A DNA stretch of 64,000 bases from a virus: IMG/VR virus record IMGVR_UViG_3300020182_001907; one strand, written 5' to 3'. A model generated the notes under the pieces. The model worked only from the letters and a program-made list of their open reading frames with translations. It had not been told where the DNA came from and did no database searches. Both the position numbers and the translations under genes were made by a program. Below are positions 1-13,500 of the stretch, in pieces. Within the stretch, counting starts at the first letter, position 1, and every line of letters begins with the position of its first letter.

Positions 1-374
1 TGGCAAATTTTATTGGAATGAGCACCGTAGATACAATTCGAGCACCTTACACCGTGATCGACGATGTTCTAGTAAAACGTGATCTGCTAAACGAGTTTTA
101 TACTAAGCGCGGTGAACGAGTAATGAGACCAAATTACGGATGTATTATTTGGGAAGTGTTAATGGATCCTGACACTGTAGAACTGGAAAGTGCTGTAGAT
201 GAGGATATAAAAAGGATTATTGCTAGAGATCCTCGAGTGAAACTGCTTAGAATTAACACAGTGGTAGCAGAACACACACTGAGAAGCGAAGTCCAATTAG
301 AGTATGTTTTTTCAGGAAACAGCGATACTCTTTATCTCAGTTATACACGAAGTGCAGAAGAAAGACTCAGCTAA
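1..374 (+). CDS. Baseplate wedge subunit, T4 gp25/GPW-like (start codon probably begins one base before the window)
   Basis: Motif 'DLLNEFYTKRGERVMRPNYGCIIWEVL...DPRV' matches the gp25 pattern (L.T..GER.M.P.FG). The frame is open to the window edge (xTG GCA AAT TTT ATT GGA ATG), so the protein probably begins MANFIGMST. It lies directly upstream of a gp6-like gene. Confidence 0.85.
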   Translation, partial: ANFIGMSTVDTIRAPYTVIDDVLVKRDLLNEFYTKRGERVMRPNYGCIIWEVLMDPDTVELESAVDEDIKRIIARDPRVKLLRINTVVAEHTLRSEVQLEYVFSGNSDTLYLSYTRSAEERLS

Positions 375-385
375 AGGAATTATAA

Positions 386-3300
386 ATGACCGTATCTAGA
401 CAACAAAACTTGTTTGCTGCTGAAGATTGGAAAATAGCATATAAAGTTTTTAACAATGTTAATTTTCAGGCGTATGACTTTGATACCATGCGTCTTGCAA
501 TGGTAGACTATATTAAAACAAATTTTCCAGAAAACTTTAATGACTACATCGAAAGTAGTGAATTCATTAGTATCATTGAATTATTAGCATACTTAGCGCA
601 AAGTTTAGCGTTTAGGATGGATTTAAATTCCAGAGAAAACTTTTTAGAAACTGCAGAACGCAGAGATTCGGTGTTCAAACTAGCACGTATGTTAGGATAT
701 AATCCTAAAAGAAATGTGCCAGCGAGCGGATTGTTAAAAATAGTTAACATTAAAACCACCGAAAACATCACAGATAGTTTAGGTACTACACTGAATAATA
801 GAAATATATATTGGGACGATGAAAACAATACACAAAGCTACGAACAGTTTATTACTATTTTAAACAGTGCAATGAGTAAGACTAATCGTTTCACTTCACC
901 AATTAAAAGTGGTGAAGTTGGAAATGTTAAAACTGAACTATATCAGTTAAACACTCCTGCAGGTTCCCCTATTGCGTATAATTTTACACTTAGAATAAAC
1001 GGAACAGAAAGAAACTTTAATGTGTGTAATCCAGATTTTGAGGACGAAGGATACTTTTATGAAAGACATCCTGATCCAACTAATTTATTTAATTTAATAT
1101 ATCGAAATGATAGCAAAGGGTCTAGCAGTGCAGACACTGGATTCTTTTTGTTTTTCCGACAAGGTATATTGAACTTTTTAGATTTTAATTACACTACTCC
1201 AGTGGAAAATCGTACACAAGATCTTGCAGTAGCAAACATTAACGAAAGCGATGTTTACCTGCAAGAAATAGATACTATTGGTGCTGTAGTTAACAAATGG
1301 ACAAAAGTTCCTAACACTGTCGGTCAAACTTTAACATATAACACATTAGCATTAAACAGCAGAAACTTGTACAGCGTGGAAAATTTAGGTACTAGCGGAA
1401 TACGTGTTAGATATTCAGATGGTAACTTTGCTAATGTCCCTCAAGGTGTATATAGATTATGGCACAGAACTAGTGACCCAGAGCGTTATAGCATACAACC
1501 ACAAAATGCACGTAACATAGTATTGAGTGTGCCGTATACAAACAATATTGGCGAAAAGCACACGCTCAGCCTCACCTGTAGCTTGCAATATACTGTTAAT
1601 AACAGTTTACCAGCAGAAAGCATTGCGGCAATCAAAGAACGTGCACCGCAAACATTTTATACGCAAAACAGAATGGTCAATGCACAGGATTATAATGTTT
1701 TCCCGCTGAGTCAAAGTAATAATATATTAAAACTAAAAGCAACTAACAGAACTCATGCTGGACACAGTCGTTATATTGACATTAACGATCCTACAGGTAC
1801 ATTTCAAAACATAGACAGTTTTGCTGACGATGCATATCTATACATTGACGATAGGAATCCTACAGAGACTATTATTGTTAACAGCAATGTAACTCCTCTA
1901 GAACTAGCAACTAGTATTATCCCTAACAGATTAAAAGGACAACCTGTAAATAATTTTGTTTATTACACACTGAGAAACATTTGGATTGATCCTGCTAAGA
2001 ACGGTATTGTAGATGTGTTCGAATTTAGCGAAGCAGACAATGTGTTATGGAATCCATTACCAAGTGCAGAACGCAGCAAGACCGGCTATTTAACTGAAAC
2101 TTTTACCACAGGCACAAGGAACATATTAGTTAACAATGTTGCAGGCAAAACAGAAATTCTAAAACAAAACAACTTTATTAAGTTTGTTAATCCTATAGAT
2201 AGCTCAGAATACAAGTGGTGTAGGATTATTAATGTGGAAAATAGCGGAGCACTTAGCGCAGGTGTAAACACATCAGTTGGTCCTTGGACACTTAGTGAAG
2301 AAATAGAGGCAACTTGGCAGGCTCGTGAAGTAATTGTTAGTTTGAGAAAACTTTTTACTGTTGCTGAAGCAGAGTTAATACAAACTGAAATACGTAACAA
2401 AAGAAGTTTTGGCCTAGGCTATAATTTACAAACAGACACTTTTTACATTATTCCAGACAGTTTACTGACAGCAGATAGCAAGGCAGGAAAGTTTGCATTA
2501 GATAATGGCCAAGCTGGCGCATACAGTTGGTTAGTATTATTAAATTACTCTCCTGTGGATCAATTCAGTTATAGATATGATGTTACCCTAAGAGGAAATG
2601 ATTATGTAGTTCAAAGCAGGGACGATATCCGTTTTTATAATGTGAAAAATTCAGGCACAATAAAAGACAAAATTACTTTTACCACAGTTAATACACGAAG
2701 CGGTGATACCGAAACATTCAGTTGGCAAGGCACTACATTTTTAAACAGTTTTACTGGAACCACATTTGAGCCTATTGGAATTAGTGCTAACCTTCCGCTT
2801 AAAACCAGAGCCACTACTTGGAAAGATTTAGAAGCTCAATGGGTGAGTAATTTTGGTTTGTTGAAACCAATAAACAGCAGCTTGGTTAGTATTACAAACA
2901 ATAATCAATATGTAAGCGAAGCGTCTACCGGATTGAATGTGTATTTTAAAACTGGCGCCCTTGCAAGTGAAAGTAACTTGGTTATCGCAGCTAATACTGG
3001 ACTTATAAGTGTGTTGCCTAGTAAAATCACAGTTCCTTTTAATAATACCACATTTGGTGTTAATGTAGTAGAAAGCACCGGCACGCCATTTATTGCATAC
3101 AGGCAATTACCTAATAATGGCGTCCCTGGCACAGACGAAGTAATATTTAAAGCAGAAGAAGGCGGTGTACCATATAGCTATGGCGAGGGTGGTAACAGTT
3201 TAGACTCTAGCACAGTCGGTCGATTATATTTGTTAGATTATAATCCAGTAACTGAAACAGGAAACATTGAATACAGAAATATTCAAAATCATGATCTACA

Positions 3301-4522
3301 TTCCAGTTCAGATATCACTGGCGCAGTAAGCAGAGACAAGTTAGTTTTAAGATACATTACCAATAAAGAAAAACTGTCAGTTCCAATTGATTGGGAACTA
3401 ATAGACACTTTTAAAGAATCTGATGGGTATGTTGATCCTAGAAAAGTTAAAGTAGCACCTATTGATACCGATAGAGATTTGGTGCCTGATCGTCCTTTAC
3501 AATTCTCAGAGTATGTTAATCCAGAAGACTACGTACTGTTTGAATACTACAAAGATTTTGACGGCACTAGTTATGATATTCCAGTGAGCGGCGTTATTGC
3601 TGATTTTAGACGTGAGGATAATTTATTAATTAATAATACTGCAGGCACTGTTACGCCTTTGCGTTATACAGACATATATAGTTTTAGTGACCTAAAATGG
3701 ATCATTGTCAAGAATGATGCTGTAGCGAATCTGTTTATTAACATTAGTTCAGCAGCAGGCTTAGTTATTTTTAGCGTAGGTTCGGGAAAAGTTTTTCAAG
3801 TAACACGAGTTAGTACAAGCGACACTGAACTCTTAGTGCTAGAAACCTCAGACTACTTTGTGCGTATCGGCAGAGGTAAAAATCAAAACACTGCATCAGA
3901 CAGCACGACAAACGGAATTATTAGATGGCAGCACAATGCTAGCAGCAGTGTACGTGTTGATCCTAGCATTAGTAACATAGTGGAAATGATTTTATTAACG
4001 CAAAGCTATAACGATTTGGTTAACAGATGGAAATCCAATCAATCAGGAGAGTTTCCCATAGAGCCAACCACCGATCAACTAAGCCTGGAATTTTCAGGAC
4101 TAAATACATACAAGACTGCTAGCGATACATTAGTGTTCCGCAGCTCAAAGTTTAAATTGTTGTTTGGGAATCAAGCAGATGAAGAGTTTAAAGCTAAATT
4201 TCGTGTTGTTAAACTCAGCGACCAGATAAGTGATAATGAGTTGAAAAGTGGCATTATATCGACAATTAACGAATATTTTGACGTTAATAATTGGGAGTTT
4301 GGTGAAACATTTTATTTTACAGAATTGAGCACATACATTCATCAGAAATTAGGTAGTAACATAGGCAGTATTGTTATATTGCCCAAGAATATTTCAGGTA
4401 AATTTGGAGAGTTATTCCAAGTTAAAGCAGAGTCAAATGAATTATTCATTAGTACTGCTTCTGTTAATGATATAGAAATTATTAGCAGAATTGATAACCA
4501 AACACTAAGAGCGGATATTTAA
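386..4522 (+). CDS. Baseplate wedge subunit, T4 gp6/baseplate J-like, enlarged (1378 aa)
   Basis: N-terminal 'YDFDTMR..MVDYI...FNDYIESSE..IELLAY...ENFLETAERRDSVFKLARMLGYNPKR' and 'ESIAAIKERAPQTFYTQNRMVNAQDY' are gp6-type motifs. AGGA SD upstream; follows the gp25-like gene. Confidence 0.85.
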   Translation: MTVSRQQNLFAAEDWKIAYKVFNNVNFQAYDFDTMRLAMVDYIKTNFPENFNDYIESSEFISIIELLAYLAQSLAFRMDLNSRENFLETAERRDSVFKLARMLGYNPKRNVPASGLLKIVNIKTTENITDSLGTTLNNRNIYWDDENNTQSYEQFITILNSAMSKTNRFTSPIKSGEVGNVKTELYQLNTPAGSPIAYNFTLRINGTERNFNVCNPDFEDEGYFYERHPDPTNLFNLIYRNDSKGSSSADTGFFLFFRQGILNFLDFNYTTPVENRTQDLAVANINESDVYLQEIDTIGAVVNKWTKVPNTVGQTLTYNTLALNSRNLYSVENLGTSGIRVRYSDGNFANVPQGVYRLWHRTSDPERYSIQPQNARNIVLSVPYTNNIGEKHTLSLTCSLQYTVNNSLPAESIAAIKERAPQTFYTQNRMVNAQDYNVFPLSQSNNILKLKATNRTHAGHSRYIDINDPTGTFQNIDSFADDAYLYIDDRNPTETIIVNSNVTPLELATSIIPNRLKGQPVNNFVYYTLRNIWIDPAKNGIVDVFEFSEADNVLWNPLPSAERSKTGYLTETFTTGTRNILVNNVAGKTEILKQNNFIKFVNPIDSSEYKWCRIINVENSGALSAGVNTSVGPWTLSEEIEATWQAREVIVSLRKLFTVAEAELIQTEIRNKRSFGLGYNLQTDTFYIIPDSLLTADSKAGKFALDNGQAGAYSWLVLLNYSPVDQFSYRYDVTLRGNDYVVQSRDDIRFYNVKNSGTIKDKITFTTVNTRSGDTETFSWQGTTFLNSFTGTTFEPIGISANLPLKTRATTWKDLEAQWVSNFGLLKPINSSLVSITNNNQYVSEASTGLNVYFKTGALASESNLVIAANTGLISVLPSKITVPFNNTTFGVNVVESTGTPFIAYRQLPNNGVPGTDEVIFKAEEGGVPYSYGEGGNSLDSSTVGRLYLLDYNPVTETGNIEYRNIQNHDLHSSSDITGAVSRDKLVLRYITNKEKLSVPIDWELIDTFKESDGYVDPRKVKVAPIDTDRDLVPDRPLQFSEYVNPEDYVLFEYYKDFDGTSYDIPVSGVIADFRREDNLLINNTAGTVTPLRYTDIYSFSDLKWIIVKNDAVANLFINISSAAGLVIFSVGSGKVFQVTRVSTSDTELLVLETSDYFVRIGRGKNQNTASDSTTNGIIRWQHNASSSVRVDPSISNIVEMILLTQSYNDLVNRWKSNQSGEFPIEPTTDQLSLEFSGLNTYKTASDTLVFRSSKFKLLFGNQADEEFKAKFRVVKLSDQISDNELKSGIISTINEYFDVNNWEFGETFYFTELSTYIHQKLGSNIGSIVILPKNISGKFGELFQVKAESNELFISTASVNDIEIISRIDNQTLRADI

Positions 4523-4525
4523 CGT

Positions 4526-7500
4526 ATGGCTGATAAAATTTATAAAAAGTTACCGGCAGTTCTACAAACGACAACGATCAAAAACTTTTTTGAGAATACT
4601 GTAGAACAACTGTTTAGCAAGCAAGACGCAGAAATAGTTCAAGGCTTTATAGGATCACCTAGTAACGAAGATGTTAACGCCAGAGGACAGTTTTTAACTG
4701 AACCAACTGCTACAAAACGTTTTTACGCCTTAACTCCAACAGTTAATACTATTAATAGTGTAACAGCTAAGAGTGAGAACTTTTATTTTTACGACGAAAT
4801 AATAGATACACTTCATACTTACGGAGTGGATACTCATAATCATAATAAAATATTCAGTTCAGAATTTTTAACATACTTGCCGCCGATAGACATCGATAAA
4901 TTTTTAAACTATCAAGAATACTACTGGATAGAAAACGGACCTAACACAATTACTATAACTCCTACAGCAGATGTAGTACTAGACATAGACAATGAAGTGA
5001 TAGGCAAAAAGGAATTCACTTACGGATCAGTTAACCTGCGTAACGGAATGATTCTTCAGTTCTCAGGTGATAACTGTGTACCTGCTAGCCGAGTAAATAT
5101 TGAATACATTGTGCAAGGCGTAGGTACTGCAATACAATTAATACAAAAAGATCTAAACAATATTACTTCTTACACTAAAGATAAAGATTATATCCTACAA
5201 GCTAGGGGAGCAAAAAATCAAAATTTATGGAGTAGAATTAACTACTGGTATCATGTAAATAATTTCCGTGACGCAGGTCAAGACTTGCCTCCTAGAGTTA
5301 ATCGTGCAAACAGACCTATCCTAGAATTTGCACAAGAATTAGAACTATTTAATCACGGAACTGAGTTTGCAACCGTTGTAGATTTAGCAACCAACGCCCC
5401 CCTTAATCAATTAGATGGATCACTTGCCGACGCACAGCTGACAGATGAAAATGTAATAGGCAAAGAATTTATATTTTTAAATCAGTCTGAGCTAGAAGTG
5501 GGAAATATTGTGCACACGGCTATTGAAATAGATTCAAACACAGCACCGCAATTAAATATAACAGACGTTACTGGCACATTTAACGCAAACATTGATTTAA
5601 ACTGGACTAGATCAAAAAATAAGTTAGGGTATGAATTATCGTCTATAACAGTACTTGACCAAGGCTCGTCAATCACTTCCTTTCAACTTCTTGATCTGGA
5701 CTACGCCCTCTTAGAAGAAGGCGATGTAGTCACTACAAGTACTATAAACATTGTAGCTCCAGTAACTTCTGTGTTGCCAGGAATGGCTGTTTGGATTCCG
5801 GCAGTTGGTACTAATGGCGAATACACTTATGGTATTGTAGATACTGTTGACACTGTAAATAGAATTATTACTACTGTAGAACCGATAACCATTTATCGTA
5901 ACCTAGCGCTCCAGACACCCTATATAGCCTTTACTCCAATAATAGCTACTATAACTTCACCATATGGATCAGATGCAATAGTAGCAATCGGTTCATTCGG
6001 CGGCCTTGTTTACGAAGCGCTCAGTTTTGTATTAAATCCAGGCGCTGGGTATTATACTGAAGGCTCAATTAAAGTACAGCAAGTAGGCGACCCTATATTA
6101 AATCCTAGCGGTATCACTGAAGAAAATTTAGCGTTTGTCCCTTACAAAATAGATGTTGATAAACCTGTACAGGTTTCTCTGGGTTCTAATGCAGGTAAAG
6201 AATTTAAATGGGATGTTACAGGCTGGTTACAGTGTCAGGAGAAACTGTACTTAAACCAACCACCACTGTTTACACTTTATGACACCCAAGGAACTTACTT
6301 AGGCGATCGCCCAGGCAATAATTTTGCAGGCAGTAAAATATTTGGTTATGCGACCGAAGTACCAGCAAACGCACAAAACATTTCCAGAAGTGTTGTTGAA
6401 GACACTGAATTAGGTTTTAATTTTATATTTGAAAACTTTAAAAGCGGTAGCGAAATATTATTTGATAATTTTCAAGAAACAATAAGATATTCAGACAACC
6501 AAGGCGAGATTAACGGTTACTATTTTTATAAAATGGTTAGCGATGATGTCGAATCATATGAAACTTACATGCGAACTGTGCCAGTGAAAACTCGGCAGAG
6601 TATTGTAAGCAGCTATCTGGTAAACAAGTTTGATATTGATGGGGTACAACAAGAATGGTATATTGGCGGAGTCCCAGATGTAGACCAAAATTTAAACAAT
6701 GGGTACGATATAACAGTCACAGTCAATGGAATAAAACGAACCGATTGGACTTACAATCTAAATAGAGCAGGGTATATTAAATTTGACACGTTCAATTTAA
6801 TCGAATCTGATTTTATATACATTACAGCAAATTGCACTACGGGATTAATTAGCGAACGCACTACTAGTAAATATGAACTTCCGTTAGCATTGTACAGTAA
6901 CATCTTTAATGAAGACATAAACACAATCAGCCAGCCAAGTTATGCAGGCCATTTTGCAAATTACATGCAAAGGCAACAAGGGTTTACTGGCGAAGTCTAC
7001 GGCATCAATAATTTCAACGACACTAAAAAAGACATCAAGCATGCAACCGATATAATAGTAAGTCAAGATGATTTAGTATTAGGTGCATTTTTACTAGATG
7101 ATCAACCACATAATTTAGTTGATGCGCTACGTTTCAATGCTAATGAATATATCAAATATAAAAACAGATTAATTAATGAAATTAACAAGTATTACAGTAA
7201 CGAGTTTAATGAAGATTTGTCAGTAGAAGAAACTCTAGAAAATATTATTAAGAGAGTGATTTCTTATAAAGTAAGTCAGGATGTTTTTAACAGAACTTAC
7301 GTGGTACCATTTGGCGATATCTACGACGTACAACAATTTTCAATTGCATTAGATCAAACACAACTTACACTTACAACCGACTTGGATTTAAACAAAATAG
7401 AAAACTCCGTTATGGTATATAGAAACGGTGTGTTATTGACAGCAGATGTTGATTACACGTTTAGTAGTCTTACGTTTCCAGTAACAATTGACATATCTAC

Positions 7501-10500
7501 AGAGTTAGTAATTAACGATACTATCACTGTGAAAATATATAATGTTTTAAGAGATAGCGCTCAATGTCCTCCAACTCCTAGCACAATGGGCTTATATCCG
7601 TTGTTTATTCCTAGAATCGAACAAGACACCAGCTTTGTAACTCCTATCACAGTATTAGTGGGACACGACGGTAGTAGAACTCCTGTTAACAACGATGACA
7701 GAGACACGTTGCTGTTAGAATTTGAAAAAAGAATTTATAACAGTGCAAAAAAAGAATTTAGGAAATCTAACAGTTTACCTGAATATAATTATGCTGATGT
7801 TCGAGCAGGTGCTTTCAGAGAAACAGGGTATACTGTAAAAGAATGGAGCGATATATTAAGATATTATTTTATCGAATGGTCCAGAGCAAATGAACTAGAT
7901 TATATCATTAACGAGTTTTATGATCAAATTAACAGTTTTACCTGGAACTATAACACAGAATTACCCGGACATTGGAAAGGTTTATACGAATATTACTATG
8001 ATACTATAAATCCTCATACTAGTCCATGGGAAATGTTAGGATTCACAGAAAAGCCATCATGGTGGGATACAGAATATGCACTGTTCATAGAAGACGATTT
8101 TGGGTTAAACATTCCATATGTTAATTACGGCTCAGTTAATACCAAGATGTGGAAAGATCTTGAAGAAGGTATTATACGCCAAGGCCCACGTGAAAACGTA
8201 ACTAACAATTTATACTTAGAAAACAATCGTTTTAGAAGAATGGGATTAAATGCAGTATTACCAGTAGGCAGCGATGGTAATTTAAAATCGCCTGATCAAG
8301 TTATGACTACTGAAAATGTTACTCGCAGTATTTCATATACAAACACTGACACTGGTAATCATGACGCAAACTTTGCGTTTAGAACAAACAAATTTTATAA
8401 TTTAAACGGCATTAATGTTAGTTGGGACAACGACAACGTGTATGTACAAGGTAGAGGTATTCCTGTTTACAGCGATGAAAACCAACCAATTAATGTATCG
8501 GGTGAACAATCACTTAGTGACATACCCATACTCAGCCAAGATATATCATATTGCGTACCAAGAAAACCACTCACGGATCTAGGTGTTAATGTTGAGACAT
8601 GGAACGATGCCGATTATTGGGATGATTCTGCAACCTGGAATGATACTTCTCTCACTGCACTGGGTAATGCCAGTAAGATGAGCAATGACGCTATAGCAGT
8701 ATTAGTTAACGGCTTACCGTTGTACAATTTTTACGATGAAAACACTACTTGGGAATCTCAAGGCAGTTGGCATTATGATAACAATCGTTTAGGTGAAGAC
8801 AAATCTATAGACAGCGAAGGATTGTTACACTATAATAAAATCACTCCAGAAGTAGCAGGATTGAGCTCATGGAGTACTACAGAACATTCACCCATAGTAG
8901 GCTGGGCATTTGACGGTTTGCCTATATATGGTCCGTATGGTTATGCTGATCCTCTTGACAGCAGTAGTGCTATCGTGAGAGTAGAAAGTTCATGGAAACT
9001 ACGTAGAGAAAATCCTACGTTTGGTACTAGACCTGGATCAGTTGGCGGAGCATTTTCGGGGGTATTTGTAGAAGATTATTACTTTGACGAAGATTTCTTC
9101 TCTGAAACACCACACGCAGCCGATGAATTTAATGCAGTGTTTGGTGTTACTCCTGATAGCGAGCAACCCTTTTATCACTATGTTGCAACATTAGATAACA
9201 ATTTAAAGCCAGCATTTCCTTATGCTGTCGGTGGCGGTGTGCAAACTCGCACAGTTGAAGGCCTGTTTTTTAATGCATGGTCTAACACTTTTAGATTCCA
9301 AGCCAGTAATACCAGAGGTATTGCTAGAATAAACGTATTAGATCCAGGGGGTTTGTACACCCAGGGTAATACATCAGTAGTCATAGAAGGTGACGGCTCG
9401 GGAGCAACTGCTAATGTTGTTGTTACAGACGGCGGAATTACCAGCGTTGTGATTACTAATAAAGGGAAAGATTATAACACTGCAACTGCTGCAATAGTAG
9501 GTGATGGCGTCCGTGCTGTAATTGAAATTATTATAGACACTGAAGATAATAACAGTAACAATTGCGAAGTAAATGTGTCAGCGACTTCTGCCCTAGTAAG
9601 TGTTGAAAATCTAACAGTTACTTCTAATCGTAATTTAGACAAGAATTGGAAATTTGGTGACGGTGCGCCTGTTGAGCAAGCATGGAAATATTCATCTGGC
9701 TATCCTTTTGCAGTAACTGAAGCATTGTTATTAAGCAAGCCAGGTAAGTTTGCTACTGTGTTTAGTAATCCTATTAAAATTGCTAGAACTCCAGTCAATA
9801 AAAGAATTTTGGTTAACATTGACACAAATAAATCTTGGCATTTTTCAAATCCAAGCGAGTTCCAAATACATGGCGAAATAGTGGATAATGTGTTTACAAC
9901 AAATATTGGCTACACTCAGTTTATTAACAGTTGGCTAACTTTTCAAAGATTAGACACCAACATAGATTTTGCTGAAAAGATTAGAACATTGAATGTTAAA
10001 CTATCTCATCGTATGAGCAGTTTTATAGACCAAGACACACTAACAGCAAGAACGGATCAGTACAGTATCCAAGGAAGTGCTAGCAGTTTAATAATTCCTA
10101 AAGATGATTTATCTGTTGACTTACACAGTAGTAACTATAAATCAAGAAACTTTTACAGCGGAGTTATTGTTCAGCGAAGTTCTGAAGGATATATTGTTAC
10201 TGGTTTTGATAAAAACCGCGGATATTTTGAAATATTAGAAAGCGACAGGCAAGGCAGAAGTAACAGAGTTGAAGTTGGCGGATCACCAGCAGGATACAGC
10301 CAGTGGCAACCTAACCTCACTTATAATAAAACTGCTATTGTAGAATACCAAGGAAGATATTTTCAAGCAAGAGTTAGAATAACGGGCGGAGAAACCTTCG
10401 ACAGAGATCTATGGGCACCACTTGCATCTTTACCACAATTGAATGCTGCTAGAGGTACTAGATATCAAAATACTACTGGAATAGTTCGAAGAATATATTA

Positions 10501-13500
10501 TGGTACAGAGTACACTAATATTGATGATGTATATGACTTTTTAATCAGTTTAGGAAGATTCAATGAACTTAGTGGTTTTCAGTTTGGAGAATACGACATC
10601 TCAATAAGCGATATTAGAAATTGGGATTATGCTGCAAAACAATTCCTATTTTGGACCACAGGAAATTGGGAAGTAGGAAACACATTAGAACTTAGTCCTG
10701 CAGCAACACAAATTACGTTTGAATCCCCTGACAGAGGCTTTGTTGCAAAAATAAATCGTACAGATAGGCAGCAATTTACTCTTGTAACTGAAGATGGTAG
10801 TATTATTGATGCAAGTGAATGTGAAATTGTTAGATCGGATAGAATGATCTCTATTAAACCGCCTGCAGGAAAGCAAATATATGGTGTAATGTTGTATGTA
10901 AAAGAAATAGAACATGTGATAAGTTTCAATAACACAACGCAATTTAATGATATTATATTCAGCAGTTTGCTCAATCAACGACAAAGCAGAATAAAATTAA
11001 AAACTAAACGTACTAAAGATTGGGATGGCCGATTAAACGCATCAGGATACATTGTTGACGGTGGCGAATTAATACCTAATCCTGATAACTTAGCAGAAAA
11101 TCTTGGACGCTATCATGAACTAGGGTTTGTGCCTGTACAAAAAGATGTCTATGATGCAAGTAGAGCATTGTACGGATATGTACCAAGAGAATATTTAACA
11201 GAATTGGATGTACTTGATGATCAACAATTTGATTTTTACAGAGGTATGTTACAGAGTAAAGGTACGCAAACCAGTTTAACTCGAATTGCTAAGAGCAGCA
11301 GTATACTGGATGGCGACATAACTATTTTTGACGAATGGGCGCTTAAGATTGGCGAGTTTGGCGACACTAGTAACAACCAGCACGTAGAGTTGAGACTGGA
11401 AAAAACAGATTTAAAACAAGATCCCCAGTTAATTACACTAAGCTTTCCAGAAGATATTACTAATGTAGTAGAAAGTATTGAAGTTGTAGATGCAAGATAT
11501 ATATACACTGAAGCGCCAGCTATCGAAATAGCTGCACCTTTATCTCCTGGCATACAAGCAACCGCGCAAAGTTTTTTAAACACTGATGGTACGCTAAGTC
11601 ATATAGAGGTTACAGAGCCTGGTAGTAATTACTCACTAGAAGGTGTAACGTCTAATGTTATTGCTTCTGATGTAACACTATATGATTTAAACAGCGACTT
11701 TGACTATGCAAGCACTACTAGCACAAATTATGTTAATCTTTCTGTTAACCAGATTGATATTACTATAAGTGTTAACGGTAGTTCGTCAACTCTTGTTTCT
11801 ATTCCTAGCGCAAATCCGGGTGTGGTAGATGTATTACCTGCCGACATAGTTTCAGCATTAGAAGATGCATTTCCAGAGGAACTGTTTGTTGTTGCTAGAG
11901 AAACACATGACCTTTCAGGTAGCGTAAAATGGTTGTTTACACTGCTAGCAACAAACGAATTAGTAATTGATGACGGAAATGATTTGTTACTTACAAACGG
12001 CACTTATATAAACACTCAGCGATACAGATTAGACAGCACTGTACAACAAGGAAGTAATGTAACAGTTGCAAGTGATATAACTGTGACTGTGGCTAATGTT
12101 GTTGTTTCAGATTCAAACTGGGACTTTGATTTAGGACAAATTGTGTCTACTAACCCAAGTAGTAGTACGCCAGTAATTAGCAATACAAAACGTCAGCAAG
12201 GAGACGTTGACTCTGTAACGTATACTGCTATTTTCAACATGTACGGCGAACCCGGTTCAACTGAGAACGGGCAGTTTGAACTACTTCCACTATCACTACA
12301 GGGATCTGGCACCGGAGTAATATTTAATATAATAACTGTTAGTAGAACTAACATTGGCGGCGCACCATACGGATCAGAAACCTGGCAAGTAGAGATAGAT
12401 ATCACGATACAAAACCCTGGACAAGATTATGTTCTAGGAGATACATTTATTTTAAGAAGCTCACTGTCGTTACGAGAACACCAAGTAGTAACAGTAGATG
12501 CAATTAATAATGCATACGATCTTAGAGAATATACCTTAATTAATAATAACGCTAGTTTAGACTTAGGTCCTGCATTTGCTACAGAGAATTTACAGATTGA
12601 TAATTCTGGACAGTATAAATTTATTGAAGTATACATAGACGATCAGAAGATTGAAAATTTTGCAGACGGTGGAACAGGTGCAGGGACTTTATACGTTATA
12701 GATAATGGCGGCGCTGGTGGAACAGGAAGAATACAATTTCCTGATATTAGTAGACTACCTATAGCACTGTTAACATATCAGTTTAATCCTCCGTTAAGTG
12801 AACCTGTACCTAACGGATACCAAAGAGAAACATATTTTAGTCTTACCTCAGCTAACACAATTAAAGTTGTAGAATCAAGCACTATACAATTTAATGCTGG
12901 ATTTACTGACGATATTGCTGAATCAGACATTAGAATTAAAGTAACAACACAAGACGGAATTGTTACAAGAATTGGACAAGTACGAACATATGAAGTAACC
13001 CGAGATCAGAAAAACGATAATATACTTTTTGTAGATATTGACAATACAGAAAGATTCCTAAAGAAACCAACAGGCGTAAGGACTAATAATTTGTGGGCAA
13101 CTACAAATGCAGTAAATGCAAGCGGTATTACCGACCAAGCATATCCTACAGTACTTAACGCAGGATACGTTGCAACAGGTAATGTAGAATATCAAAGTTT
13201 TGATATAGCTAGCTTGCCTGATCTTTACGACGATAATATATTAATTAAACCATATAGCGGTAGCCATATTCATATGGCAAAAGACGATCACAATGATTGG
13301 AATGTATATAAACTGTTAAACATAGGCAGTGATGTTAGTTTCCTGAGTAAAAACCAATCAGGCAATGTAAGTCTTTACACTGACAAAAGTTTGTTTAACT
13401 TTATAGATACTAACCAGATAGGACAGCCTAACACTGGCAAGTTCATGGATTATTATATCACACTTGATAATGCAAACGTAAGTGATAATGTTTTGGTGTG

